This document shows positions 1 to 9,757 of a stretch of DNA of 39,004 bases, piece after piece; positions within the stretch are counted from its first letter, which is position 1, and each line of letters starts with the position of its first letter. The DNA comes from a virus (Duplodnaviria; Caudoviricetes). Under the pieces are notes generated by a model. The model saw only the letters and a list, made by a program, of their open reading frames with translations, searched no databases and had not been told where the DNA came from. The DNA lies in IMG/VR virus record IMGVR_UViG_3300048576_000452, positions 1 to 39,004 of that record; one strand, 5' to 3'. Position numbers and translations under genes: made by a program.

Positions 1-780
1 TTAAAACGATATGATCTTGAAGTATTTGGTATTCGGCTTGCACCAGCCGGTGATGCCGCCAAGCTTGACATTCCACCAGCCCTTTTTCTCTCCCAGCTTT
101 TCAACGGTATATCCTGTTCTGATAAAGCCGATTTTCTTGCCGGTAATAGTGCTGGCCTTTGCCCGGATGTTCAACCCGCCCCCGCTGTATTTATATTTGG
201 GATACGTCACCACAGGCTCCATGGGCGGAGTCGAAGGCTCTGTATCTGGCTGAACAATAACACTGGCTCTCTGTTCGTCGGTCAAAAAGTCCACGATCGC
301 CGTGATCTTGTCCTTCTTCCAGTTGAACGAGCGGATCTGGAAAGGATTGAGCCTGGATCGTGTGTCGCCCATTAGTCCGCCGCCCAGGTATCCCGCGGCG
401 TGCGTGGCGTGTTTATTGCGGTTTGAAAGCTTGTACAGTGTCACGCACAAAGGTTTGATGTCTTTTTCTGCGATATGCTTTCCGCGGGCCGCTGCGTACA
501 ACGCTTCGGTATAGCTGCCGATATCTTTTATCCCAAACCAGTAATACAGCACGTTGATCCAGAACTGCGAACAGTCGGCCTTTTTATCCAGTGCCATGCC
601 GCCGTCGCCGTAAGGCAGTTTCACGAACTCTTTCACAAATTCGACCACAAGATTTGTTCCCGCCGCATATTCTCCCGCCTCTGCTTTGGCGAATACCTTT
701 TCCGCCGCTTTTACCGTTCTACCGTTGACCGCGTTGTATTTTCGCACCCTAAGCAATACATCTTCTTTAGATACAAACAC
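1..780 (-). CDS. Endolysin: NlpC/P60 peptidase + Pro-rich linker + C-terminal SH3b domain
   Basis: LPYG..ADCSQF and THAAGYLG NlpC/P60 motifs; SH3b-like LNIRAKAST..GWWNVKLGGITGW; GTG start at 780 follows AAAGGAGGTGA; TAA at 1-3. Confidence 0.85.
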   Translation of the reverse strand: MFVSKEDVLLRVRKYNAVNGRTVKAAEKVFAKAEAGEYAAGTNLVVEFVKEFVKLPYGDGGMALDKKADCSQFWINVLYYWFGIKDIGSYTEALYAAARGKHIAEKDIKPLCVTLYKLSNRNKHATHAAGYLGGGLMGDTRSRLNPFQIRSFNWKKDKITAIVDFLTDEQRASVIVQPDTEPSTPPMEPVVTYPKYKYSGGGLNIRAKASTITGKKIGFIRTGYTVEKLGEKKGWWNVKLGGITGWCKPNTKYFKIISF

Positions 781-793
781 TGGATCACCTCCT

Positions 794-1192
794 TTAACCT
801 TCCCCTGCGGCATCGTCATAACTATCACTTACCGCCTGCTTCTTTGCTTCATTTATACCCGTGGAAGCCAACCCTGCCACAATACCCTCTACCGTAGCCA
901 ATACAACATCTAAGGCGGTACCGCCTCCCAACATGCCAATGACCAACCCGAAAAGCAATCCAATTCCAGCCATAACAAACGGTAATAGCCAGACCGCGAA
1001 GTTAGGTATTTTTTTAAGTGCCTGGCCCAGAAAAAACAACAGTACAGCCAGCAGCGGCAGGTAGTCTTTTAACACCTGTATAACGCTGGCGGGATCCGCA
1101 GGTGGAATGGCATCCGCTGCGTATGCAACCAAGGGAACAACCATGACGAAAAGCACCATCATGATTAAGAGAAGTAATAAAACCTTTTTCAT
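794..1192 (-). CDS. Phage holin with an N-terminal signal-peptide-like extension
   Basis: Hydrophobic segments, LKKIPNFAVWLLPF and GIVAGLASTGINEAKKQ holin-type motifs; directly upstream of the endolysin. Confidence 0.75.
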   Translation of the reverse strand: MKKVLLLLLIMMVLFVMVVPLVAYAADAIPPADPASVIQVLKDYLPLLAVLLFFLGQALKKIPNFAVWLLPFVMAGIGLLFGLVIGMLGGGTALDVVLATVEGIVAGLASTGINEAKKQAVSDSYDDAAGEG

Positions 1193-1228
1193 AAATATAA
1201 GACCTCCATTTGATTATTATAAAAACGC

Positions 1229-1507
1229 CTATAAGCGGTGCTCTAGGCATTCTTTGCGGTATTTTGTAATACGCTTTTTTGCGTCATGGCACGGGCCGTT
1301 TTGCCCCAAAGAGATAGCGGCGTCTATGGCCGCTTCGGAGGCATCCAGCGTAATGCTGTTTTCCTCTTTTCGCATTTCGAGTGTAACCTTTATTTTCTGT
1401 ATATCTTGCTGAACTTCTCCCAGGGCCTTATTCGGCTTTCTGTTGACTATCCGCTCTATAACAACTAACCCCATTACCAGATACGATGCCATTTCACCAA
1501 TATCCAT
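1229..1507 (-). CDS. Small lysis-module membrane protein (one TM helix + coiled coil)
   Basis: N-terminal hydrophobic helix; position between RBP and holin. Confidence 0.55.
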   Translation of the reverse strand: MDIGEMASYLVMGLVVIERIVNRKPNKALGEVQQDIQKIKVTLEMRKEENSITLDASEAAIDAAISLGQNGPCHDAKKRITKYRKECLEHRL

Positions 1508-1539
1508 CTTTTGTATACCCCCGCGTTTTGTTTTGCTTA

Positions 1540-3690
1540 TTATCTGATCTTGAGAATTTCCATGTAGCAGTAAGTATGTGTGCTTGTTATCGCATATAAG
1601 TCTACTGTATTAACTCCGGCTTGCGAAACAGCGCTTAGTGTAATTGTTTCGCCAGCCGAAAAGTAATATATCGTACTAAGCGGAACGGAAAATTGCGGCG
1701 TAGCCAATGCATACGAGCATACGCCATACGATCCGCTTATCGATATTACGCTTGCTTCACCCACGTTTTTATTAAAAGCTGCGCCATACGGCTTATCTGC
1801 CACAAGATTTGTAAATCGAAGGTTGGCATTTATTAAATAATATCCGCTTTCGGGAAACGTATATCTGTGGTTAGCTGCTGAAAAACCATTATGCGTATCG
1901 TAATCCGTAGCGTCCAAGAGCACCGTTGTCCATGTCCCCGACACAAGATTTTCCTGCGATGCTGACATATAAGCGCGGCAAGCTACAACTGGCGTGAAAT
2001 TACTAGCCGTAATATTTCCGCCAACGTCAAGATCATTTTGAACAACAGCACACCCTTCTTCGACGGGCACCGTATAATCGTCACCAACGATCAAAGACTT
2101 TTGCGCAGAGCCGGAAACACCAGAAACGCTGTTTTTGAACGCCATCCACGCTGGGGTAAACTCTACAATTGTAGCGCTGTATGCCGAGCTTGTTTTACTT
2201 GAAAGCGCTGTATCATCCGGCGCGTTGTTGATTGCCTTAACGTTTACCGAGTATCTATTCGATGCAGACAGCCCCGTTATTGTAAAGCTGTTTTTAAGGC
2301 CGTCCCACGCGCCCAGTGAAGCATCAGCATACCCGCCGCCTATGTCGTATTGCACTTTATTTATTTGGTCACTCGACTGCGTCGCGCCATAGCCGGTATC
2401 CTGTATCTCGATATGTATTACGGCTTCAGTTTCGCTGCGGTCAATTTCAGAAATATTGATAATCGGAGCGCGGAAACGTTTTATTGTAAAATTCTGTTCG
2501 GCGCTGTACGCTCCATATAATACTTCCAGATTGTCAATATTCCAGCAGCGCGCTTTTATAGCAGTGGCTAAATCGACCCTTGGCGTGGTCAAGTTTCCAA
2601 CAACATACGAAAGTGCTTTTGTTGCGTTTGTAACTGCCGAATCCCCGTTTACCAGGGATGGCCCGCTCGGAAACGCAACTTCATATGTCAGAGAATTTAC
2701 AGAGCCAGATGATGTATGCGTGTTATAAGACGTCGGCCGGCCGAGTGTGAACGTCTGCGTTTCGCCCTCGTATAGGCTTGCTGCAAAGCTAATTATCGTA
2801 GGCGCTGACGGCGTGATGCGGTAATCGATTGTAAATGCCGACGATGTAACATACGCCGAATAATAAGTAGTTCCCTCATACGCCGGTGTTTTTGTGCGCA
2901 CCCTAATCTTAACTTGGGTATTATTGTAATATTGTAATGTTTGCAGGCTTAAATAGCTTTTCATATCCAGCGTTTTTGAAGATACGCCCTGGCTGCTGGT
3001 CTGCGTTGCGCCCCATGAAGCTCCATTATCTAGAGATATTTGCATTTCATAATAAAGCTGTGATGCAGTGAATATGCCGCCTGCGTCGCTTGCATCTGAC
3101 CAATCGAATGTTTTGCTTGCCGTGGTGATGGGCGATGGCGTTGTTACCGTTGGCGCTGTGGGCTCCGGCGTTCCTACATAATCAACCAGCAAATAAGGCG
3201 CTGTGCCATCTCCCAATTCGCGTGCATAAAAATACTTGCCGTTTTCCGTTGCTTCATCCTGAGAACGCATTTTAATGCCGTAATACGTGTTGCTTAAGCA
3301 TTCGGTTATTAAAGACGTAATAGTCCAATTGCGCCATACGTTAGATGAACTATACGCTGCTGTCAGCCCTGTTATCGTTGGCGTCGCCTCTGAATCTGGC
3401 GAGCTTGTCCATGTAAGCGTTGTTTCACTCCATGTTTCAATAACACGGTAAAGATCAAAAGTAAGCGTGCCGGAACTGCTGCCGCTTGCTTCGTTATAAA
3501 GATATAATTTTATGCTGTTAATTGTCAGTCCAGTAAGCGCGCTTAAATCAAAATACAAAAACGGGCGCGAAATATTGCTTCCAGAAGCAAACTTGCCAAC
3601 TATAACGCGGCTTGTGCTGTTAAAGTTAGTTGACGGTGACGCTTGATTAGTAGAAACGTCCTTTGTTGCCCTTATCGTCATTAATGACAT
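1540..3690 (-). CDS. Tail fibre / receptor-binding protein (DNRLRE-like N-terminus, Fn3/Ig-like middle, C1q-like C-terminus)
   Basis: 716 aa, S/T-rich; SRPFLYFDLS..WSETTLTW..APYLLVDY; C-terminal YTFPESGYYLINANLRF; follows the tail spike. Confidence 0.75.
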   Translation of the reverse strand: MSLMTIRATKDVSTNQASPSTNFNSTSRVIVGKFASGSNISRPFLYFDLSALTGLTINSIKLYLYNEASGSSSGTLTFDLYRVIETWSETTLTWTSSPDSEATPTITGLTAAYSSSNVWRNWTITSLITECLSNTYYGIKMRSQDEATENGKYFYARELGDGTAPYLLVDYVGTPEPTAPTVTTPSPITTASKTFDWSDASDAGGIFTASQLYYEMQISLDNGASWGATQTSSQGVSSKTLDMKSYLSLQTLQYYNNTQVKIRVRTKTPAYEGTTYYSAYVTSSAFTIDYRITPSAPTIISFAASLYEGETQTFTLGRPTSYNTHTSSGSVNSLTYEVAFPSGPSLVNGDSAVTNATKALSYVVGNLTTPRVDLATAIKARCWNIDNLEVLYGAYSAEQNFTIKRFRAPIINISEIDRSETEAVIHIEIQDTGYGATQSSDQINKVQYDIGGGYADASLGAWDGLKNSFTITGLSASNRYSVNVKAINNAPDDTALSSKTSSAYSATIVEFTPAWMAFKNSVSGVSGSAQKSLIVGDDYTVPVEEGCAVVQNDLDVGGNITASNFTPVVACRAYMSASQENLVSGTWTTVLLDATDYDTHNGFSAANHRYTFPESGYYLINANLRFTNLVADKPYGAAFNKNVGEASVISISGSYGVCSYALATPQFSVPLSTIYYFSAGETITLSAVSQAGVNTVDLYAITSTHTYCYMEILKIR

Positions 3691-3699
3691 GTAATTACC

Positions 3700-5439
3700 T
3701 CACTCAATAAAAGTACCTATTCCGTAAAGGTCTCCGACTTCAAATTTTATCGTCGAAGTGCTGCCGACATTATACCCGTGCTTATGCAGCCTTAGATTTT
3801 TTGTATTCAGATTGTCGTAAAAATCTAAAAACGGATCGTTAAATTCGTCTGTACCAAAGTGCATACGTTGGGCGTTTGCTATACCCGCCACCAGATCCGC
3901 AAAAGTGCCGCTTGCCGCTTGCAATATGCCCGCGAATACAATAGCTGCGTTCAGTGTTCCGGTAAGTATTTCATCTGCTGTGGCTCCGCTGCCGGTGACA
4001 AAGGTACGCCAATCATATTCCCCGCTGGTTTTGGTGCTTGCAAGTGCGAGAATACCGCCGCCTATCTTTACTGCCGCTGTTTGGTCTGCATTTTCAAAAA
4101 GAAAATTGCCGTTCTCATCCGTAGAAAAGCCCGTAACCGTGGAAAATAATTGTGTTTTCAACAGGTCAATTCTATGTTCAAGTTCGCCAAGCGTGCCGGT
4201 ATATGCTTCAATGGCGTTTGCCCTGTCCCAAACGCCAGACCGCGCCGTCAATGCGGATTGCTTTGCCTGAGTTTTAACCAGGGTATTTACCATAGAAGGA
4301 ATATAATTACCCAGTGTAACCGCGCAATCGGCAGGATTAATAAGGTTTTTATCAATCTTTATTACCCGCGCCGTGCCGGTGATGGCCGGTGATGCTGCGG
4401 CGTTGATAACATTCACCGTATCGCCCAGCCTTACGGCCTCATGCTCATAACCAGACAGTTCCTCAAGCGTTATTACCGCCATTTCATAGGTGCATAGCGG
4501 AGCCTTACGCTCCTGTAGCTTGTCATATGTGAGTTGTAAAAGTTCTTCGGCGTCTGTGCAATCGTCAAGCTCGATGAAGTCTTTAATATGCCTGCCGCCC
4601 GGCCCGTAAGCTGCCGCAGCTGTATCGTCACCAATCCAGTTTTGCCCATACGGCTTATCAGCAGGATCTCCGCCCGCTACCGTCCATACAATCTCGTCAA
4701 ATTCAAGCCGCCTGCCGTATGCCGGGTCTGTTGTTTCAGTACCGCCGTATACCTCTACGCCCTTACCGCGCCCTATGAGTGCCGTTGCGAGGTTTTGCAT
4801 GTTTTCGTTATACCGAATGCTTACGAGGTCTTTACGGAATTCAAAGCGCTTGCCTGTGACGTTTCCAATGGATGCGAGAATATCAACCTTGCGTGATACG
4901 ATAACGCCAGCGATAACTTCAATGTAAAAACGAAGCTCCCCGCCCCAGACTGTAGCAATCTGCGAAAGCGCATTCAGCACCTTGGTTTTGTATATACGCG
5001 TGCTGTTATTCCCAAGGTCTGCGCCGGTCCCTATCTCCCAGCGCGTACCGTCAAGAGCCTGAATTACCGCCAAAGACGCCGTTGTTTCCGTTGGTCTTAT
5101 ATCGTCTATTGCTTCTCCATAAAGCTCATAAAAGGCGTGCTCGCAAGTCGCAACAATGCGGCTTTCTGCTTGCGCGTCCTCTCTGGATGTGTCGATTATT
5201 TTATATTCCTGGTAATACCCGTCTGCATCCTCGAAAACGATGTAATTCCCGTTTACGATATGTTGCGCGTCAATATGGTCTGCCGGTATAGTAAGCAGGC
5301 AAATATCGCTGTAAATCCCACCTGCCATCATTTCTTTTTGTTCCCGCTGCTCAATGATCGCGCAAGCTTCCGGAATGGTATTACTAAAAACAGCGGCAAG
5401 GTTTTCGCCGCTGTCTAGTATCATTATTTGATCAAGCAT
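3700..5439 (-). CDS. Tail spike / Tal-type baseplate hub protein
   Basis: WGGELRF, GKRFEFRKDL, LATALIGRGKG, VRLGDTVNV motifs; follows Dit. Confidence 0.85.
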   Translation of the reverse strand: MLDQIMILDSGENLAAVFSNTIPEACAIIEQREQKEMMAGGIYSDICLLTIPADHIDAQHIVNGNYIVFEDADGYYQEYKIIDTSREDAQAESRIVATCEHAFYELYGEAIDDIRPTETTASLAVIQALDGTRWEIGTGADLGNNSTRIYKTKVLNALSQIATVWGGELRFYIEVIAGVIVSRKVDILASIGNVTGKRFEFRKDLVSIRYNENMQNLATALIGRGKGVEVYGGTETTDPAYGRRLEFDEIVWTVAGGDPADKPYGQNWIGDDTAAAAYGPGGRHIKDFIELDDCTDAEELLQLTYDKLQERKAPLCTYEMAVITLEELSGYEHEAVRLGDTVNVINAAASPAITGTARVIKIDKNLINPADCAVTLGNYIPSMVNTLVKTQAKQSALTARSGVWDRANAIEAYTGTLGELEHRIDLLKTQLFSTVTGFSTDENGNFLFENADQTAAVKIGGGILALASTKTSGEYDWRTFVTGSGATADEILTGTLNAAIVFAGILQAASGTFADLVAGIANAQRMHFGTDEFNDPFLDFYDNLNTKNLRLHKHGYNVGSTSTIKFEVGDLYGIGTFIE

Positions 5440-6166
5440 ATAAATACCGCTTTCTATAGGCCATAACCGCTGTATACGTACTGTCTGCGGTTACTGTTAT
5501 TGTTTGATCTCCTGGAGGCACGCCGAAAAACGTACTTAAAATATTAACCTTGTCCATGCATCCCGCGGCGTTTTTCGTAACCTTACCAGTGGACATGTTG
5601 ATTATTACTTCATCGCCATTTACAAAGCTGTCTGTGATTAATATATATTCGCCGGTAGAAAGCAAGGTAACAAGCAGCGTTGCCGTGTTTGCCGTAATGT
5701 TTACGGTTATAACGGGATAAAATATTATATCGCTGCCGTAGTCTTGCTCAGTATCTACTGTAGCGTCTGTAGTTTCAGTGACGTCTTCTGCGTATGGTTG
5801 GCATTCAAACATAACGTTAAATTGCCGCGCCAGAGGATAATGCGATATTTCAATGCCCGAATAAACCTTTGCATACCATTGCTTTGCGCTATCCAGATCG
5901 AATATAAGTTTACCGCGGCCTGTCAGCCAGATTGCAATATCATTCAAATATGATCTGATCGTTGCTTCGCTGGATGCCGAGAGTAGGCAGTCTACCGGAA
6001 TAATGCGCGGCAGATAGCTATCGCGATTGAAGTCAACAGATCCATCGCGCCCCGGTATAACTATCCTTGATGCGCTTCTTTCCGGCAGCAACGGTATGAG
6101 CGGCGTGCAGCGCTCCAAGTGCATAGAGGTTGACGTTATGCTATTAAATGTCATAACTCCTGCCAT
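5432..6166 (-). CDS. Distal tail protein (Dit)
   Basis: MTFNSITS..IPGRDG..FECQPYA; follows the tape measure gene. Confidence 0.85.
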   Translation of the reverse strand: MAGVMTFNSITSTSMHLERCTPLIPLLPERSASRIVIPGRDGSVDFNRDSYLPRIIPVDCLLSASSEATIRSYLNDIAIWLTGRGKLIFDLDSAKQWYAKVYSGIEISHYPLARQFNVMFECQPYAEDVTETTDATVDTEQDYGSDIIFYPVITVNITANTATLLVTLLSTGEYILITDSFVNGDEVIINMSTGKVTKNAAGCMDKVNILSTFFGVPPGDQTITVTADSTYTAVMAYRKRYLYA

Positions 6167-6170
6167 TATA

Positions 6171-8603
6171 TCAACCTCCCGCCCTTGTTATTTTTGTGGC
6201 TTTAGCAGACTGCGCCGCGTCGATATCGTCTACAGTCGCCTTTGCGAATTCTTTACCATTGATATACAACGGAATAACCGCGCTGCGCACTGCCCGCGCC
6301 GCGCCAGATCCGCTTGATACTTTATAGCTGCTGCTTTTGATTGACGGGCTTTCAGATATAATCGCCGGGCTTATCGTTGCCGCATATGACGGCATAGGAA
6401 GCGACATACTTCCGTCAAACGCCCCGTACACGCTGCCCGCCATTGTCTTTGATGCGTTCATTGCAGCTTTTGTGTTTTCGCTAATACCTAGCGCCACCGC
6501 AAGCGGTATGTTTTTGCCAATTTCATCACGGAATTTTCCTGTAGGCGATTTTTGGCCAAGCCAATCCTTTGCGCCCTGAAATGCTGCTTTTGCGGCTTCT
6601 ATAGCTTCTTTTTTGATCTTCCAAGTGTTTTGATCTATACCGTTAGCGAGTGCCGTTGCGAGGTCTGCGCCCGCTTCTTTCCATTGCTTATCCTGCGCGG
6701 ATATTGCATCCTCAACCGCTTTAAGCTTCGTTACGACCTCTTTTTTCATGGGCTCGAGTTCTTTTACAGCCTCTTCCTTTGCGAGGCGGTTTTTATCACG
6801 ATACAGCCCAACAGTTTTGGTAAGCTCTTTGTCTGTCATGGTATTCATGGCCTGAATTTGCGGAAGGGCTTTTACGCCAAGCTGCCGCAGTTCTGCCACC
6901 ATGCCATCATCAACGCCGCGTTTTGAAAGCTTTCCGATCTCTGTACTCCACGTTTGAAAGCCCTCTACCTGATCTTCAAGGTTTCCGATGATCTCATCTT
7001 TAATCTTTTTCAGGCTTTTTTTAGATGTGTCCAATTTGATTTCAAACTTATCAAAGATGCCGCCCATCTGTCCGAGATATTTTTTAGTCGTATCTTCAAT
7101 GGCTTTTTTTAAATCGTCTGATGCCTTGTTATATTCATCAAGCGCGATTTGCGTAGCGTCAGCAAGCTCTTCTTGTTTTGTCATTACCTCTTGCGTTTTA
7201 AGCGCCGCCAGATCATAACCATCTGCAAGGTTGTTTAGTGCCAATAAATCAGCTTCTGCAACGGGTATGCCCTGTTCTGTATAGAATGTTGTAAGTTCCG
7301 CGAGCTTTGCTTTGTAGACATCAACGCTACTGCCAGTAACATATAACGCTTCCTGCGCAAGGTTTTGCCTATCCACAAGTTTTTGCGCTTCATCTGCCGA
7401 TGCACCATTGGCTATAGCTGTGTTATATATTGCTGTTGTGTAGTTATTTGTTGGATCAATAGATTTTAATGTATCGCGCCATATATTGTCGAAGAACTGC
7501 GACACCGGAGCCATAGAAGCGGCGAATCGCCTGCCTGTCGCATCTGCTACGGACTGCGTTTTATCGAATTCGTTCTGGAGCCGCGAGAGAACAGCCACGC
7601 TGCCGCGATCAACGATAACGCCCATGTCCTGCGCTTCTTTGGCGTATTTTTTGAGAGCGCCGCCTCCGGCTGTAATTAACGGGTTTAAATCTGCCGCAGA
7701 TTTTCCAAATAGTTTTTGGGCAAGCACGTCGCGTTCTGTGGCGTTCGTCATAGTGCCGAGCGCGTCAATAGCCTCAGCAAATACATCGTTCCTGTCGCGC
7801 AGCTTGCCGTTTACTTCAATATCAATGCCGAGCTGGTCTTTAAATACTTTTTGAAGGTCTTTATTTCCGTCTGCCGCTATACCCATAGATTTTGTGAACT
7901 TTGCCATGGAGCTGGTCATAGTGTTCATATCAACGTCAACAAAATATGATGCGTATTGCATGCCTTGGAGTGCTTTTGTGCTTATATCTGTTTTGCGGGC
8001 CAGTGTGGTTAAATCGTCAGCCCATTGCGCAGAATCCGATATAAGTTTTGCAAGCGCCTGAAAAGCATCTTTTGCCAACGCCACCGCGCCGGTGATAGAT
8101 GCAAACTGCAATAAAGACGATGATGCAAAATTTTTTATTTGCGATTTCATGCTGCTGGTGCTGCTTGCTGCCGCCTTTATTTTTCCACCCATAGCGGTAG
8201 CTTCGGCGCCGGTTTTGCCTTCGGCTACTGCTGTTTCATATAACTCTTTCTGCGTGGTATTTAATTCTTTTTGGTATCTGTCAAGCTGCCCGGATTGCGT
8301 GTTATACTGCTTTTGCAACGTGGTATATGCGTCGCTTTCTTTATATCCGGCATCGGCAACGGCTTTCATCTCAAGCTGAAGTTCATTCAGTATTCTTTTT
8401 TGTATGCCGATCTTATCATTGAGAGCGCCGACTTTTAAAGACAACCCCGCGCTGGTGCTTTGCCAGTTTTCCATAGCGTTTGCGCCGGTGCGAAATTTGT
8501 TTTCAACTTCAGTCTGCTGCTTTTTAAGATCATTGATAGAAGTTGTATATTGCGAAAGGTCAACGCCCACCTTTATTAATAAGCTTCTTAATGTATTGCT
8601 CAT
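6171..8603 (-). CDS. Tail tape measure protein
   Basis: 810 aa, helical and Ala/Lys-rich; C-terminal LYINGKEFAKAT; position. Confidence 0.9.
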   Translation of the reverse strand: MSNTLRSLLIKVGVDLSQYTTSINDLKKQQTEVENKFRTGANAMENWQSTSAGLSLKVGALNDKIGIQKRILNELQLEMKAVADAGYKESDAYTTLQKQYNTQSGQLDRYQKELNTTQKELYETAVAEGKTGAEATAMGGKIKAAASSTSSMKSQIKNFASSSLLQFASITGAVALAKDAFQALAKLISDSAQWADDLTTLARKTDISTKALQGMQYASYFVDVDMNTMTSSMAKFTKSMGIAADGNKDLQKVFKDQLGIDIEVNGKLRDRNDVFAEAIDALGTMTNATERDVLAQKLFGKSAADLNPLITAGGGALKKYAKEAQDMGVIVDRGSVAVLSRLQNEFDKTQSVADATGRRFAASMAPVSQFFDNIWRDTLKSIDPTNNYTTAIYNTAIANGASADEAQKLVDRQNLAQEALYVTGSSVDVYKAKLAELTTFYTEQGIPVAEADLLALNNLADGYDLAALKTQEVMTKQEELADATQIALDEYNKASDDLKKAIEDTTKKYLGQMGGIFDKFEIKLDTSKKSLKKIKDEIIGNLEDQVEGFQTWSTEIGKLSKRGVDDGMVAELRQLGVKALPQIQAMNTMTDKELTKTVGLYRDKNRLAKEEAVKELEPMKKEVVTKLKAVEDAISAQDKQWKEAGADLATALANGIDQNTWKIKKEAIEAAKAAFQGAKDWLGQKSPTGKFRDEIGKNIPLAVALGISENTKAAMNASKTMAGSVYGAFDGSMSLPMPSYAATISPAIISESPSIKSSSYKVSSGSGAARAVRSAVIPLYINGKEFAKATVDDIDAAQSAKATKITRAGG

Positions 8604-9026
8604 TTATCCACCAAGCCCTTTCACAATATCGTCAATCGCATTTTCAATAAGCCAAAATATTTTATCTGCGTTTTCATCTGCCGCAGGCCGCAAAAACGGC
8701 CGGGGCTGGATATAGCGTGCTGTTGGTTTTCCCCATGCAACAAGGTTATGTCCAAGTTCATATGGGGCGGCAAAATCGCGTACATCATCGCCCCAGGTTA
8801 AAATATTTGAAATAGTATATCTGCCGCCAGATGGCGCTTCTCGTTTTAGAAACAAGCTGCTTCTTATCCTTTGGCTGCCGCATTTTGCCTTAGTTGCGGC
8901 AAGAAGCAAATCGCCGCCTGCGTCAACGGCATTTTTTATCTTTAGTCGCGCCGTACCTTCCGCAGAGTTGATTGATTTTATAAATTCTTTAAGCCCTTCG
9001 ACTTCAAAATTATTTCTTGACGTCAT
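8604..9026 (-). CDS. HK97 gp10-like tail component
   Basis: EVEGLKEF start; FAAPYELGH and QPRPFLRPAAD motifs. Confidence 0.8.
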   Translation of the reverse strand: MTSRNNFEVEGLKEFIKSINSAEGTARLKIKNAVDAGGDLLLAATKAKCGSQRIRSSLFLKREAPSGGRYTISNILTWGDDVRDFAAPYELGHNLVAWGKPTARYIQPRPFLRPAADENADKIFWLIENAIDDIVKGLGG

Positions 9027-9388
9027 TATTTTTTCACCACAACCTCACCGCCGAGCGCAGCGACCAACCCCTTGAAATATGCCAGCGTTGCTGCAGGGCT
9101 TACTTCTTTTTTATGTTCTGGTTCCTCGCTTATGAGATAATCTCTAAGGTAGATTGTTTTATCCTTCGGTGGGCGAATGAATGTAGCAAGCGCCCACGAT
9201 CTTGTTATTTTTGCATTGTATTCCTGCCGTTCTCTTTTTCGCCTGGCGTTTACCGTTGCTATAAATTCCGCGTACGTCATTTGATAAAATTCGCAAGGTT
9301 TTAATCCAATCTCACCGACCGCAATTCCGAATTCATCTTCGAGATTTAAGAATTCTCGCTTTTTGCGTCCGGTGGTTTGGCGTTTGGG
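9026..9388 (-). CDS. Tail assembly chaperone gpT portion, reached by -1 frameshift from the upstream gpG ORF
   Basis: The -1 frame is open from CCCAAAC (9382-9388) through EFGIAVGEIGLKPCEFYQMTYAEF into the listed 9026-9280 ORF. Confidence 0.75.
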   Translation of the reverse strand, partial: PKRQTTGRKKREFLNLEDEFGIAVGEIGLKPCEFYQMTYAEFIATVNARRKRERQEYNAKITRSWALATFIRPPKDKTIYLRDYLISEEPEHKKEVSPAATLAYFKGLVAALGGEVVVKK

Positions 9389-9693
9389 CTTTCTTGTTCC
9401 TTTTCATCTTTTTTCTTTTCTCCCGCCATTCCAGTGATGATAGCTTTTAAAACAGTATTAGAGATATAAGACATGCTTTCGGCTTCGTTCATCATTTCGC
9501 ATGTTTGTTCAAAGCTAATTTCTTTTTCTTCCTGCTTCAGCAAAATCCAAAGTATTTTTGAGATGCTTTCCATGTTGTTGTCCACATCGAGTATTTTTAT
9601 CCCAAATGTTTGCTCTATTTCAAGCGCCGCCTGAATAGTTAGGCGTAATTTTCTCGGTTTATCTAGGTTGATCATAATAAAAGGTATAGGCAT
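9346..9693 (-). CDS. Tail assembly chaperone gpG
   Basis: INLDKPRKLRLT motif; follows the major tail gene; AAAGGAG RBS. Confidence 0.8.
   Translation of the reverse strand: MPIPFIMINLDKPRKLRLTIQAALEIEQTFGIKILDVDNNMESISKILWILLKQEEKEISFEQTCEMMNEAESMSYISNTVLKAIITGMAGEKKKDEKEQESPNAKPPDAKSENS
9382..9388 (-). promoter_or_regulatory. -1 ribosomal frameshift slippery heptamer C CCA AAC
   Basis: X XXY YYZ in the correct phase (AGC CCA AAC) near the end of gpG. Confidence 0.75.
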
Positions 9694-9757
9694 AATGTAT
9701 TCTCCTTTAATTTTTATAAGGGCGGTTTTTACGCCGCCCTATAATGTTTTTTTTTGT

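Noticed and set aside
1540-2100. Diversity-generating retroelement or invertible tail-fibre cassette
   Set aside because: No reverse transcriptase, template repeat or invertase seen in the window
4843-4853. AAAGCGCTTG as a third copy of the DUF3102 palindrome
   Set aside because: Only the central 8 bp are palindromic and the flanks differ, consistent with chance
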